Part shown: in pieces, positions 37,055-46,655 of the stretch
How positions within the stretch are numbered: the first letter of the stretch is position 1
How the letters are laid out: every line of letters begins with the position of its first letter
From: Bacteroidota bacterium
GTDB taxonomy: Bacteria; Bacteroidota; Bacteroidia; Cytophagales; Cyclobacteriaceae
Length of the DNA: 64,000 nt
Direction of reading: 5' to 3'
NCBI GenBank assembly: GCA_018267195.1
Contig: JAFDYY010000003.1
Span: 46,686 to 110,685 of the forward strand
Translations under genes and position numbers: made by a program
The notes under the pieces: generated by a model
Told to the model about the DNA's origin: nothing
The model's input: only the letters and a program-made list of their open reading frames with translations
Database searches by the model: none

Positions 37055-38905
37055 ATGGAAAATCATTCACACGAGGAACATGGACATGAGCACCATGGAA
37101 ATTTTTGGACTACGTATATCTTTAGCGAAGATCATAAAGTAATTGCTAAGCAGTTTCTTATTACCGGTATGATCTGGGCATTGATTGGGGGCACCCTTTC
37201 GGTGATCTTCCGTCTGCAATTAGGTTTTCCAAATGCCAATTTAAGTTGGTTAAAACCATTGCTTGGGGGGTGGATAACAGCCGAAGGTAAGATTGATCCG
37301 GAGTTTTATTTGGCTTTGGTTACCATGCACGGCACCATTATGGTGTTCTTTGTATTAACGGCCGGGTTGAGCGGCACTTTCAGCAACTTTCTTATTCCCT
37401 TGCAGGTGGGTGCCAGAGATATGGCCTCCGGGTTTATGAACATGCTCTCTTATTGGTTTTTCTTTGCCTCGAGTTGTGTGATGTTTACTTCGCTTTTTAT
37501 TTCTACCGGTCCGGCTGCAGGCGGGTGGGTAATTTATCCACCGTTAAGTGCGTTGCCCCAGGCTATTTCCGGTTCCGGGTTGGGTATGACGCTGTGGCTC
37601 GTTTCCATGGCTTTATTCATTATCAGTTCATTGCTCGGAAGTATTAACTATATCACGACTGTAATAAACCTGCGCACGGTAGGCATGTCGTTTACAAAAT
37701 TACCACTTACTATTTGGGCATTCTTCTTTACGGCCATTATCGGTATATTATCTTTCCCGGTTCTTTTTGCAGCCGCGCTATTATTGATTTTCGACCGAAG
37801 TTTCGGTACGAGCTTTTATCTTTCCGATATCTACATTGGAGGGGAGGCTCTACCCAACGAAGGAGGTAGCCCTATATTATTTCAGCATTTGTTTTGGTTC
37901 TTGGGGCACCCGGAAGTTTATATTGTATTATTACCGGCATTAGGTATAACCTCCGAGATTATTTCCACGAACTCGCGCAAACCTATTTTTGGTTACAAGG
38001 CTATGGTAGGCTCTATGTTGTTTATTGCCGTACTATCTTTTGTGGTGTGGGCACATCATATGTTTGTAACCGGTATGAACCCGTTTTTGGGTTCGATCTT
38101 CACCCTACTCACTTTGATTATTGCCGTACCCTCCGCAGTTAAAATATTTAATTACGTTACTACGATTTGGCGGGGTAATCTGCGATTTACACCAGCTATG
38201 CTTTTCTCTATCGGCTTGGTATCGTTCTTCCTAACAGGTGGCATTACCGGTCTTTTTGTAGGAAATTCCGCAGTAGATATTCAGTTACACGATACTTATT
38301 TTGTAGTAGCGCACTTTCACCTGGTAATGGGGGCTGCTTCATTCTTTGGTATGGTGGCTGGGGTGTATCATTGGTTCCCGAAAATGTTTGGACGTATGAT
38401 GAATGATAAATTGGGCTACATCCATTTCTGGATTACATTCATCGGAATTTACATGGTATTTTTCCCCATGCACTATATTGGTATTGCCGGATTCCCCAGA
38501 AGATACTATACCTGGACGAACTTTGAAACATTTGGCGGATTTACCGATTTGAACATGGTGGTTTCCATATCGGCTATTGTATCGGTGGGGGCACAGTTTA
38601 TTTTCCTGTTCAATTTTATCTACAGTATCTTCAGAGGGAAATTAGCCCCGGCTAACCCGTGGCAATCGAATACGTTAGAGTGGACAACCCCTCGTCATCC
38701 ACAACATGGCAACTGGCCAGGTGAAATCCCCACCGTGTACCGTTGGCCGTACGATTACAGCAAACCGGGAGCGAAAGAAGATTATATTCCGCAGCATATC
38801 CCATTCTCTGAAACACCGGAATCAAATCTGCCGCATGAGAGTGAGTTGATAAAATTAGAAGGGATAGATAACACGATGCGGGTAGAGGAAAAGAAACATC
38901 ACTGA
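37055..38905 (+). CDS. ctaD: Cytochrome c oxidase subunit I
   Basis: Heme-copper oxidase signatures WFLGHPEVYIVLLP, WAHHMF and AHFHLVM; 616 aa. Confidence 0.95.
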   Translation: MENHSHEEHGHEHHGNFWTTYIFSEDHKVIAKQFLITGMIWALIGGTLSVIFRLQLGFPNANLSWLKPLLGGWITAEGKIDPEFYLALVTMHGTIMVFFVLTAGLSGTFSNFLIPLQVGARDMASGFMNMLSYWFFFASSCVMFTSLFISTGPAAGGWVIYPPLSALPQAISGSGLGMTLWLVSMALFIISSLLGSINYITTVINLRTVGMSFTKLPLTIWAFFFTAIIGILSFPVLFAAALLLIFDRSFGTSFYLSDIYIGGEALPNEGGSPILFQHLFWFLGHPEVYIVLLPALGITSEIISTNSRKPIFGYKAMVGSMLFIAVLSFVVWAHHMFVTGMNPFLGSIFTLLTLIIAVPSAVKIFNYVTTIWRGNLRFTPAMLFSIGLVSFFLTGGITGLFVGNSAVDIQLHDTYFVVAHFHLVMGAASFFGMVAGVYHWFPKMFGRMMNDKLGYIHFWITFIGIYMVFFPMHYIGIAGFPRRYYTWTNFETFGGFTDLNMVVSISAIVSVGAQFIFLFNFIYSIFRGKLAPANPWQSNTLEWTTPRHPQHGNWPGEIPTVYRWPYDYSKPGAKEDYIPQHIPFSETPESNLPHESELIKLEGIDNTMRVEEKKHH

Positions 38906-39000
38906 TCTTTTTATACACTTTAGTCCGTATTTTTTATAGACTTGGTTGGAAAGATTTTTGGAAAGTATAGTTGTCAGCTTAAAATGGTTTATCTAATAAA

Positions 39001-39888
39001 ATGACATCGGCACACCCCGTTTCGGTTAGTCTGCTGTTAAAAGCAAAAGCATACGTAGAGCTTTTGAAAATGAGGTTGTCTTTACTGGTAGCTTTTTCAT
39101 GTGCTTTTGGTTATGGTTTAGCTACACATGGTCATGTAAACTGGCTCACTCTTTTCATGCTTACGTTGGGTGGGTTTATGTTGTCGGGTGGCTCGGTGTG
39201 TATCAATCAGATAATAGAAAAAGATTTTGATAAGGTAATGACCCGTACGATGAACCGGCCGCTTCCTACCGGCCGGGTGTCCGTAAAAGAAGCTATTGTT
39301 TTTGCCGCAGTTTGTATTGTGTCGAGTCTTCTCATCCTTTTTGTTTTCACTAACCCTCTGACTGTAATTCTCTCGTTCGTATCGATGGTGCTATATAGTT
39401 TTGTGTACACACCTTTAAAACGAGTGGGGCCGGTTGCTGTTTTTGTTGGGGCGGTTCCGGGGGCTTTGCCTCCGTTGCTCGGATGGATTGCTGCTACCGG
39501 AGCGATCAGCCACGAAGCGATGATTATTTTCGGGATTCAGTTTGTATGGCAGTTTCCACACTTCTGGGCTATTGCCTGGGTGGCCGATGACGATTACAAG
39601 AAAGCTGGGTTTAAGTTGTTGCCTTCGGGAGGCGGAAAAGATTTGAACACCGCTATTCAGATCATGATTTACACCATGTTTCTGATTCCGTTAGGGTTGT
39701 TGCCTACCCGCTTTGGATTGACCGGGATAAATTCAGCTATTGTAGCTACGGTGTGTGGCGTGGCTTTTTTTGCTCAGACTTTTTCTTTAATGAAAACCGG
39801 TACACGTAAGTCGGCCCTGCGCACAATGTTTGGTTCTTTTTTGTATTTGCCGATTGTGCAGATTGCTTATTTGTTGGATAAAATTTAA
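39001..39888 (+). CDS. cyoE: Protoheme IX farnesyltransferase (heme O synthase)
   Basis: UbiA-family polytopic protein with NQIIEKDFDKVMTRTMNRPLPTG, in cox operon context. Confidence 0.9.
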   Translation: MTSAHPVSVSLLLKAKAYVELLKMRLSLLVAFSCAFGYGLATHGHVNWLTLFMLTLGGFMLSGGSVCINQIIEKDFDKVMTRTMNRPLPTGRVSVKEAIVFAAVCIVSSLLILFVFTNPLTVILSFVSMVLYSFVYTPLKRVGPVAVFVGAVPGALPPLLGWIAATGAISHEAMIIFGIQFVWQFPHFWAIAWVADDDYKKAGFKLLPSGGGKDLNTAIQIMIYTMFLIPLGLLPTRFGLTGINSAIVATVCGVAFFAQTFSLMKTGTRKSALRTMFGSFLYLPIVQIAYLLDKI

Positions 39889-39890
39889 TT

Positions 39891-40478
39891 ATGGAAAACG
39901 CTGTTGATTTACGTCTTGTGGAGGAGCCTAAAAAGCCGTTGGCCATGAATCCCAAAAAATTTGGGATGTGGCTTTTTTTGGCTACTGTAATGATGTTGTT
40001 TATGTCTATTACGTCAGCTTACATTGTACGTCAGGCTGAAGGTAATTGGGTTTATTTTGAATTACCCCCTTCGTTTTATATTACTTCATTTATTATTGTG
40101 GTAAGTAGCATAACCATGCATTGGGCTTACCGGGCATCAAAAAGGGATGACTTGGCCAAAGCTAGGTTGCATATTGCCATTACCTCTGTTTTAGGAGTTG
40201 CATTTTTGGTTGGGCAGTTTATAGGCTGGGTGGAATTAGTTCAGGCAAATGTTTATTTGGTGGGGAATCCTTCCGGATCATTCCTTTACGTTATTACCGG
40301 CCTGCATGCGTTGCACCTGATTAGCGCAGTCGTCTTTTTGTTGATTATGTTGGTGGCTGTTTTTCAAGGTAAAGTATCGGCCCGCAACATGACTAAGATG
40401 GAAATGTGCACAACTTATTGGCATTTTTTAGGAGCCCTTTGGCTATATTTGTTCGTCTTCTTAATATTGTACAGGTAA
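39891..40478 (+). CDS. Cytochrome c oxidase subunit III family protein (short form)
   Basis: 195 aa, 5 TM helices, C-terminal YWHFLGALWLYLFVFL motif typical of subunit III. Confidence 0.85.
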   Translation: MENAVDLRLVEEPKKPLAMNPKKFGMWLFLATVMMLFMSITSAYIVRQAEGNWVYFELPPSFYITSFIIVVSSITMHWAYRASKRDDLAKARLHIAITSVLGVAFLVGQFIGWVELVQANVYLVGNPSGSFLYVITGLHALHLISAVVFLLIMLVAVFQGKVSARNMTKMEMCTTYWHFLGALWLYLFVFLILYR

Positions 40479-40489
40479 ATCAGTTAACA

Positions 40490-41257
40490 ATGTCACAACC
40501 AACAGCAGCAACAATTCCGGGTAGAACCGAGTGGGATGGCGGAGTATCGCCTATGGGCGTAAGCTATGGCAAACTCATGATGTGGTTTTTTCTTTTGTCT
40601 GACGCATTCACTTTCTCCGGATTACTCATTACCTACGGATTGATCCGTTCGCAACATCCGGCCTTTCCAGGCGACCATGCTCACTTTGTTTTTTCGCAGG
40701 AGTATTGGCCTGTACCAGAAAAAGTATTTGAAGCTGTTCCCTTCTTCCACGGAGTAGATTTGCCGTTGGTGTTTGTAGGCTTTATGACTTTTGTGTTGAT
40801 TATGTCGAGTGTTACCATGGTATTGGCTGTGGAGGCGGGGCATAGAATGGATCGCAAGGCCGTTGAAAAATGGATGTTGTGGACGATTTTGGGTGGGATT
40901 ACTTTCTTAAGCTGTCAGGCTTGGGAATGGACTCATTTTATTGTTGGAACGGAGGCAGGATCAACCATAAAAGAATTTGTAAATGGCAGTTGGGCTACCC
41001 GCGTTATTCATGGAGCTAACCTGCACGAAAACCAATATGGGCCTCATGACTTTGCCGATTTCTTTTTCTTCATCACCGGGTTTCACGGTTTTCACGTATT
41101 CAGCGGGGTGATGTTGAATTTCTTGATTTATTACCGAACTGTTACAGGGATGTATGACCGGAGAGGAAGTTATGAAATGGTGGAGAAGGTGGGGTTATAC
41201 TGGCACTTCGTTGATTTGGTTTGGGTATTTGTGTTCACTTTTTATTACCTCGTTTAA
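40490..41257 (+). CDS. Cytochrome c oxidase subunit III family protein (second copy)
   Basis: C-terminal GLYWHFVDLVWVFVFTFYYL motif. The ATG at 40490 (MSQPTAAT...) is preferred; the track start at 40406 overlaps the previous gene by 73 nt. Confidence 0.85.
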   Translation: MSQPTAATIPGRTEWDGGVSPMGVSYGKLMMWFFLLSDAFTFSGLLITYGLIRSQHPAFPGDHAHFVFSQEYWPVPEKVFEAVPFFHGVDLPLVFVGFMTFVLIMSSVTMVLAVEAGHRMDRKAVEKWMLWTILGGITFLSCQAWEWTHFIVGTEAGSTIKEFVNGSWATRVIHGANLHENQYGPHDFADFFFFITGFHGFHVFSGVMLNFLIYYRTVTGMYDRRGSYEMVEKVGLYWHFVDLVWVFVFTFYYLV

Positions 41258-41269
41258 AATTAACAGATC

Positions 41270-41608
41270 ATGGCGCACCACGCATCACACGAACCGGAGG
41301 TTGTAGTAATTCCTCCTAACAAAGAAAAAATTATGCACCTGTGGAAGGTGGCGGGTATTCTTTTAGTAGTTACTATTTTTGAATTTATTGTTGCCTTCAG
41401 CATGCAACATGGCACGTGGAAGACATTTATATTCGTAGTGATGACCATTGTAAAGGCTACCTATATTGTAGGTGAGTTTATGCACCTGAAGTATGAAGCT
41501 AAGGTATTAATCTGGTCTATTTTAGTACCTATCATCTTTATCGTTTGGATGTTAGTGGCATTTGTGTACGAGGGTATGAAACTTTCTGATGTTAATTTTC
41601 TGAGATAG
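41270..41608 (+). CDS. Cytochrome c oxidase subunit IV (bacterial CoxIV/DUF-type small membrane subunit)
   Basis: 112 aa with three TM helices; last gene of the cox block. Confidence 0.75.
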   Translation: MAHHASHEPEVVVIPPNKEKIMHLWKVAGILLVVTIFEFIVAFSMQHGTWKTFIFVVMTIVKATYIVGEFMHLKYEAKVLIWSILVPIIFIVWMLVAFVYEGMKLSDVNFLR

Positions 41609-41629
41609 TTTTTAAAATTAATTATACCG

Positions 41630-41668
41630 AAAGGCTAAAGTTAACCGGACTTTAGCCTTTTTATTTTC
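41630..41668 (+). terminator. Rho-independent terminator closing the act/cox cluster
   Basis: AAAGGCTAAAGT (41630-41641), loop TAACCGG, ACTTTAGCCTTT (41649-41660), followed by TTATTTTC. It starts 22 nt after the coxIV stop. Confidence 0.75.
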
Positions 41669-41759
41669 TGCTGGAGGAATTCCAAGTATGGCTAATGCCT
41701 TTTCTATGCCCCCAATAGGATGAGAGATGAACGCTGAACTTATTTGTAAAATATGAACC

Positions 41760-43400
41760 CTATTTCTTTACCAACCGCTGAATAACTTTTTTGCCATCTT
41801 GGGTTGCTTTTAAAATATAGACACCAGAGGCAAGGTGTGAAATGGGGATCGAAACAGACTGTAATCCTATGCCCTGATAACTCGCTTCAATAATTTTTTC
41901 TCCCATGAGGTCATAAATTTCTATCTGTATAGAAGTTAAACTGTCTGAGTCATAATCAAGATGCAAGGTTTCATAAAACGGATTGGGATATGCACGTAAA
42001 AAAAATCCTGAATTTGTTTCAACGGATGTAACCAGTGAGGGGAGGTGAGTATCTAACCAAAGGAGTCTGTCAGACACCCAGTTTTTTAACCAGTTGATTT
42101 CGCTTTGATAGGTTTGCCCTACAAAATAATTAGGCCAGACATAGGTGCCTAAGATAGGCCAACACTGAAAGTTTCGTTGTTGTGCTTCTTGATTGAGCAC
42201 GGTACTGGCTGAGTCAATGTAAGCCAGTACATGAGATGTAGCAAAAGACCCTGCCCGCAAAGACTGCCACCGTTTTGCCAGATGTGTTTTGAATGATGAA
42301 TCCATCAATAATTTTTTCCACCAAAATGGAATCTGCCAGTTGTCGTTAGGGCAGATGGTATTGAAGTCAACCGCAAATCCATCGGTAGTACCTTGTGTAC
42401 AATAATCAACATTGCCAAAGCCCTCGTTGTAGTCCCATATTGGCCCCATAAAAATTTTTCCACCATCAGAGTCACGTTTTTTATAAAAAAATGTACTGAG
42501 CCTGTAGCCATCCGGATTTTTTGTTACTTCATTCATGATGAAATAATCAATGAACGAATCGCGGTCAGCATATCGGGCATAACCCAAAATGGGATCTTGA
42601 AATTGCGTTCCATGAAGAGCCGTCTCAAAAGCGTTTATATACTGTTGGATATAAGTTTGCTGCTCCGGTACTATGTTTTCTGGTTTAGGGTAATCATATA
42701 AGAAATAAATATTTTGCCAACCGTTGCCATCGACAGGCTTGTACGGGGAGTTCCATCCGGCTCCACCACTGCCGGTTGTTTTGTCGATTTTGATGATGTA
42801 TCCTCCGGTGAGGTTGTCGCCACTGGTGCTGGTGTTATCTAACTTAGCAATGTTGACACGATTTTTATCTCGCTTAATTTTTTCCAAAAGGATATAAACC
42901 CCCATGTATTGCCCATTGATAACGACTTCTACAAACCGCGACCGGGAAGCATAGCGCCCCATTTGTCTCCCCATACGATAAGCCAAAACATCGCGAAGAA
43001 GGGTCTTATCATCATACGCAGCATAGAGTATCCAGTCATCTTTTTTAGGCATGCCTAATAGGGATGCATCAATTCCATTTCCATTTACATCTTGTATTTG
43101 GATGCTGTATTGTTTTTTTGGAAACATTTGCGATGATGACCCGCGTATTTCAATTCCTATACTGCCATTAAAATTATTGAAGGCATCCGTAATATTATTT
43201 CGGTTGGCCTGGCCATTGTCTATAATGCCCATGTGGGCCGGTATCTTTGGGGTGTCAACAATGGTTTGGCCATTGGTATCAATTATTACGATGGGTAAAT
43301 TTGAAGACGAGAAATTGGTATAAACCTGTGAACCACCGATATTATAACTGAAGATGGATACTAAAAATAAAATAGGTATTCGTGTTTTTTTGAGGAACAT
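41760..43400 (-). CDS. CotH kinase-family protein with a T9SS C-terminal sorting domain
   Basis: A signal peptide and a CotH-like core (FPKKQYSIQIQD..., DKTLLRDVLAYRMGRQMGRYASRSRFVEVVINGQYMGVYILLEKI). The C-terminus is YPNPFYETLHLDY...IYDLMGEKI...LASGVYILKA, typical of Por/T9SS type A CTDs. Confidence 0.8.
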   Translation of the reverse strand: MFLKKTRIPILFLVSIFSYNIGGSQVYTNFSSSNLPIVIIDTNGQTIVDTPKIPAHMGIIDNGQANRNNITDAFNNFNGSIGIEIRGSSSQMFPKKQYSIQIQDVNGNGIDASLLGMPKKDDWILYAAYDDKTLLRDVLAYRMGRQMGRYASRSRFVEVVINGQYMGVYILLEKIKRDKNRVNIAKLDNTSTSGDNLTGGYIIKIDKTTGSGGAGWNSPYKPVDGNGWQNIYFLYDYPKPENIVPEQQTYIQQYINAFETALHGTQFQDPILGYARYADRDSFIDYFIMNEVTKNPDGYRLSTFFYKKRDSDGGKIFMGPIWDYNEGFGNVDYCTQGTTDGFAVDFNTICPNDNWQIPFWWKKLLMDSSFKTHLAKRWQSLRAGSFATSHVLAYIDSASTVLNQEAQQRNFQCWPILGTYVWPNYFVGQTYQSEINWLKNWVSDRLLWLDTHLPSLVTSVETNSGFFLRAYPNPFYETLHLDYDSDSLTSIQIEIYDLMGEKIIEASYQGIGLQSVSIPISHLASGVYILKATQDGKKVIQRLVKK

Positions 43401-43444
43401 AGTAGAACAAAGGTAATTAAGAATGTCTTAAAGCCAGATTTAGA

Positions 43445-44590
43445 TCAACTCATTGTATGACGCTCGCCCTTTCGGTGCCATCCCAGCAATGTCATAATTA
43501 CAAAAAGAAGCGCCACTAATCCCAACGCCACACGCAGATTTTGCCATTGTGCCATAAATCCGATGAGGGGAGGACCCAATAAAAAACCTGAGTAGCCTAC
43601 GGTGGTTACCATGGCCAACCCTACACCCGGTGGTAAATCTTTTGTGTGACCTGCCAGGCTATAGCATATCGGCACAATGGCCGACAGGCCGATGCCCACC
43701 ACAAACAAACCAGCAATAACAGAAATGGGATGAATGAAAATGATAGTAATGGAAATTCCAAGAGTAGCAATGATACCGCAAACAACCATCAATGTACGGT
43801 CGCCAAAACGGATGCGAGCTTGATCACCTAAAATTCTGCCGATTGTCATGGCCAACGCAAAAGCTGATAAGCCAATGGGGGCAAGCGATTTTTCGGCATG
43901 CGCTATATTTTCCATGTAGTTGGTACTCCAGTCGGCCATGGCTCCTTCGCCCAGCATAGAACAAAAAGCAATTACACCAATACTTACCATAACTTTGTTG
44001 GGCAACCGAAAGGCCGGTTCGCCTGTATTTTTAGTTTCGGGTTTGTCATGAATAAGGGAATAGCTTGCCAGCAAGGTGACCATCAGACTGAGCAGGGCAA
44101 CAGAGGCGAAATGAACAAACAAGCTTACCCCTAGTTTGGTAAAGAAAGATCCGGTAAACGCCCCGACTGCCATACCTATACTGAAAAGGGCATGAAAAGA
44201 AGTCATGATCGGTTTCTTCATTTGCTTTTCTACCATTACCGCCTGCGAGTTCATGGCAACATCCAGCATACCGGAAGAAATACCCAGCGAGAAAAATAAA
44301 ATAATCAGTGCCCATAGGCTTGGCATCCAGGGGATGAGCGGAATCAGTACACAATAAAACAACATCCCTTGCGTAGTGATTTTGCGGCTGCCGTTGCGGA
44401 TAATTAGCCAGCCGGTAAAAGGCATGGCAATCAGGGCACCTATGGATGATGCGAGCAGCACCAAACCAACTATGCCATTATCGATTGCAAACTGATCCTG
44501 AATGCGGGGCAGCCGCGAAAAATAATTGGCGTGTACAAAGCCATTAAGAAAAAAAAATAATTTTACGGCAATACGCGAGGGAGGCATCAT
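43445..44590 (-). CDS. MFS transporter
   Basis: 381 aa, ~12 TM helices. Its ATG overlaps the upstream gene's stop (ATGA). Confidence 0.8.
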   Translation of the reverse strand: MMPPSRIAVKLFFFLNGFVHANYFSRLPRIQDQFAIDNGIVGLVLLASSIGALIAMPFTGWLIIRNGSRKITTQGMLFYCVLIPLIPWMPSLWALIILFFSLGISSGMLDVAMNSQAVMVEKQMKKPIMTSFHALFSIGMAVGAFTGSFFTKLGVSLFVHFASVALLSLMVTLLASYSLIHDKPETKNTGEPAFRLPNKVMVSIGVIAFCSMLGEGAMADWSTNYMENIAHAEKSLAPIGLSAFALAMTIGRILGDQARIRFGDRTLMVVCGIIATLGISITIIFIHPISVIAGLFVVGIGLSAIVPICYSLAGHTKDLPPGVGLAMVTTVGYSGFLLGPPLIGFMAQWQNLRVALGLVALLFVIMTLLGWHRKGERHTMS

Positions 44591-45840
44591 TTTTTTAATT
44601 CATCCACTTTAATAAGTGTGCCCCAAATACTAGTGTGGCCACTGTCAGTGCGTGTCCAAACCGGAAAGATGAGGTTGCTGTGGGCATCTATCCCGGTGGC
44701 GCATCTCAACGGGTGAGTTTCATCCGGCTGAAAAGAACTTTCGCTGATTTTTACTTCCTTAAAATTATTCCCTCCATCAAAGGAGTAGGCAAGGTACACA
44801 TCGATTTGGTTGTCGTTATACTCACGCTGGTCGTAATATACGATGTACACATGGCCGCTGGTTTGATCAACTACGGCTTGTGGGGCAAACTGGTGTGCAT
44901 GGGTGGTGTCTTGATTCACCTTTTGCGGCTTGCCCCAATAGTCGCCCCGGTTGCGCGAACGGATCAGCCAGACATCTGTATTGTCTGAACCTTTTTTTTG
45001 ATCTTCCCATACCAAATGCATAGTTCCCTTAAATCTTCCTTCGCTGTTGTCGAAAAGCAAAGTGGGGGTGTTGCTGTGTGTTAGGCCCGGCAGAGAGAAA
45101 TCGCGCTTGCCATCGTAGCTGGCAATAACCAGATCGTTATCCAGCCAAGTGGTTCCATTATCAAATGAACGATCGAAATAAATATTTTTGTCGGTAGCCC
45201 AGGCTACATATATTTTTCCATCGCTTCCTATGGTGGGTTGTGCTCCGGCAGCTGAGTTTGTTTTGCCGAGGCAGTCGCCTGCAGTTTGGCTGATAACCAA
45301 AGGCTTAGACCAAACTGATCCGTTAGGCGATTTGCTGAACATAATTTGCGATTGACAATCGGAAGAGGAGTTGCCAAATTGATCAAATTGTGTCCACGTG
45401 AGGTATAAAAAAATTTTGTGAGGATGTACAACCGGCCAGACCCGGCTATTATTTTTTGACTGATTTCCAAGAAAAGTGCCTTCTGTCCATGTCACCCCCT
45501 CATCATCCGAACGATGGCACACTACCTGGCCGGCTCCAGTTTCACCGGCCGATTGAAAGAAAAATAAAGTTCCTTTATGTGTGCCGGTCAGTACCGGATC
45601 GCTACCGGCACCAAAGGATGATTTTAATGTTAAAGATTGCCAGGAAATCCCACCGTCCGGTGACCGGATCAAGTGTTGCGCTACGCCCACTACTATATTT
45701 TTAGGATTCGATTTATTGATTGCAACGGTGGGAACGATTGCCCGGCTGTTGTCGTCTATCTCGATCAGTTTACTGTTTTTAAACTGAGCCGATGATATGA
45801 ATGGGAGTAGAAGAAAATAAAATAAGGCTAGGGGCTTCAT
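44587..45840 (-). CDS. Secreted BNR/Asp-box repeat beta-propeller protein (sialidase-like family)
   Basis: Signal peptide MKPLALFYFLLLPFISSAQ. Asp-box motifs SPDGGISW, SDDEGVTW, SFDNGTTW and SFDGGNNF. Confidence 0.65.
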   Translation of the reverse strand: MKPLALFYFLLLPFISSAQFKNSKLIEIDDNSRAIVPTVAINKSNPKNIVVGVAQHLIRSPDGGISWQSLTLKSSFGAGSDPVLTGTHKGTLFFFQSAGETGAGQVVCHRSDDEGVTWTEGTFLGNQSKNNSRVWPVVHPHKIFLYLTWTQFDQFGNSSSDCQSQIMFSKSPNGSVWSKPLVISQTAGDCLGKTNSAAGAQPTIGSDGKIYVAWATDKNIYFDRSFDNGTTWLDNDLVIASYDGKRDFSLPGLTHSNTPTLLFDNSEGRFKGTMHLVWEDQKKGSDNTDVWLIRSRNRGDYWGKPQKVNQDTTHAHQFAPQAVVDQTSGHVYIVYYDQREYNDNQIDVYLAYSFDGGNNFKEVKISESSFQPDETHPLRCATGIDAHSNLIFPVWTRTDSGHTSIWGTLIKVDELKK

Positions 45841-45844
45841 GTCG

Positions 45845-46516
45845 TCACAGATATTTTTCTTTTTTCAGAAATTCCACCCAGTGTTCATATCCTTTGAGGT
45901 TCAGGTGCAATCCATCGTTAGAATAAATGGCATTTAAGCGCCCTTCATTGTCTGAGAAAGCAGTATGCAAGTCAATAAACGTGTAGTGAATCTGAGAGGC
46001 GTATTTTCTAAGTTGGCCATTAATAGTGAGAATGTGCTCGGCTTTACCTAAAAAAATTTTATTTAGATTTTTAAAAGTTTCGTTTGTAGGCAAAATAGAT
46101 TGTACATAAATACGTGTTTGAGGCGATTGGCCATGAATTTTAGTAACAATATTAAAGATGTTTTCAATAACTACTTCTTCCGGTGTGTTGCGCGAGAGGT
46201 CGTTAATACCAATCAGGATAAATACTTTGACTGGCTTGCGGTCGGTTATTTCACGCAAACGGTGGAGCACGCCAAAGGTTACATCTCCCGAAATTCCCCG
46301 GTTGATGACAGAATCATTTTTTAAAAGCTTTTTCCAATCGCCCATTTCGGTTATGCTGTTGCCAAGCATAACGATGCCGCCAGTAACGATCGGTTCCTTT
46401 TTAAAAAATTCGTACCGCTGGGTGTAATGATTAGGTAAATTAGGCAGGGTATCGTAGGCTGTTGTCTGGGCACTTACCGAAACCGCTAAACCAAGGAACA
46501 AGACAAGGAGTTTCAT
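45845..46516 (-). CDS. Secreted SGNH/GDSL-family hydrolase (esterase)
   Basis: Block I GNSIT, block II GISGD, block III LIGINDL, block V DGLHLN. The ATG at 46514-46516 (MKLLVLFLGLAVSVSAQ) is preferred over the track's TTG at 46522. Confidence 0.8.
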   Translation of the reverse strand: MKLLVLFLGLAVSVSAQTTAYDTLPNLPNHYTQRYEFFKKEPIVTGGIVMLGNSITEMGDWKKLLKNDSVINRGISGDVTFGVLHRLREITDRKPVKVFILIGINDLSRNTPEEVVIENIFNIVTKIHGQSPQTRIYVQSILPTNETFKNLNKIFLGKAEHILTINGQLRKYASQIHYTFIDLHTAFSDNEGRLNAIYSNDGLHLNLKGYEHWVEFLKKEKYL

Positions 46517-46604
46517 GGGCAAATATCAGTCTTAAAAGTAGGAATCAAATAACAGATAATCCACACGATCTTGCTAAAACTCAATTATAATTTTTAACCA
46601 GCCT

Positions 46605-46635
46605 TTTGTGATTTCATAAATCATCCTTATTATTG
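46605..46635 (+). promoter_or_regulatory. Candidate Bacteroidetes sigmaA-type promoter upstream of the bTHX gene
   Basis: TTTG (46605-46608), a 19-nt spacer, then TATTATTG (46628-46635; a 7/8 match to TAnnTTTG). It lies ~20 nt upstream of the ATG at 46656. Confidence 0.4.
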
Positions 46636-46655
46636 CTCCATAATATTTTTAGTAC

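Noticed and set aside
40406-40489. ORF-track N-terminal extension of the second subunit III gene
   Set aside because: It would overlap the preceding subunit III gene by 73 nt. The ATG at 40490 lies 11 nt after the upstream stop and yields a sensible N-terminus (MSQPTAAT...).
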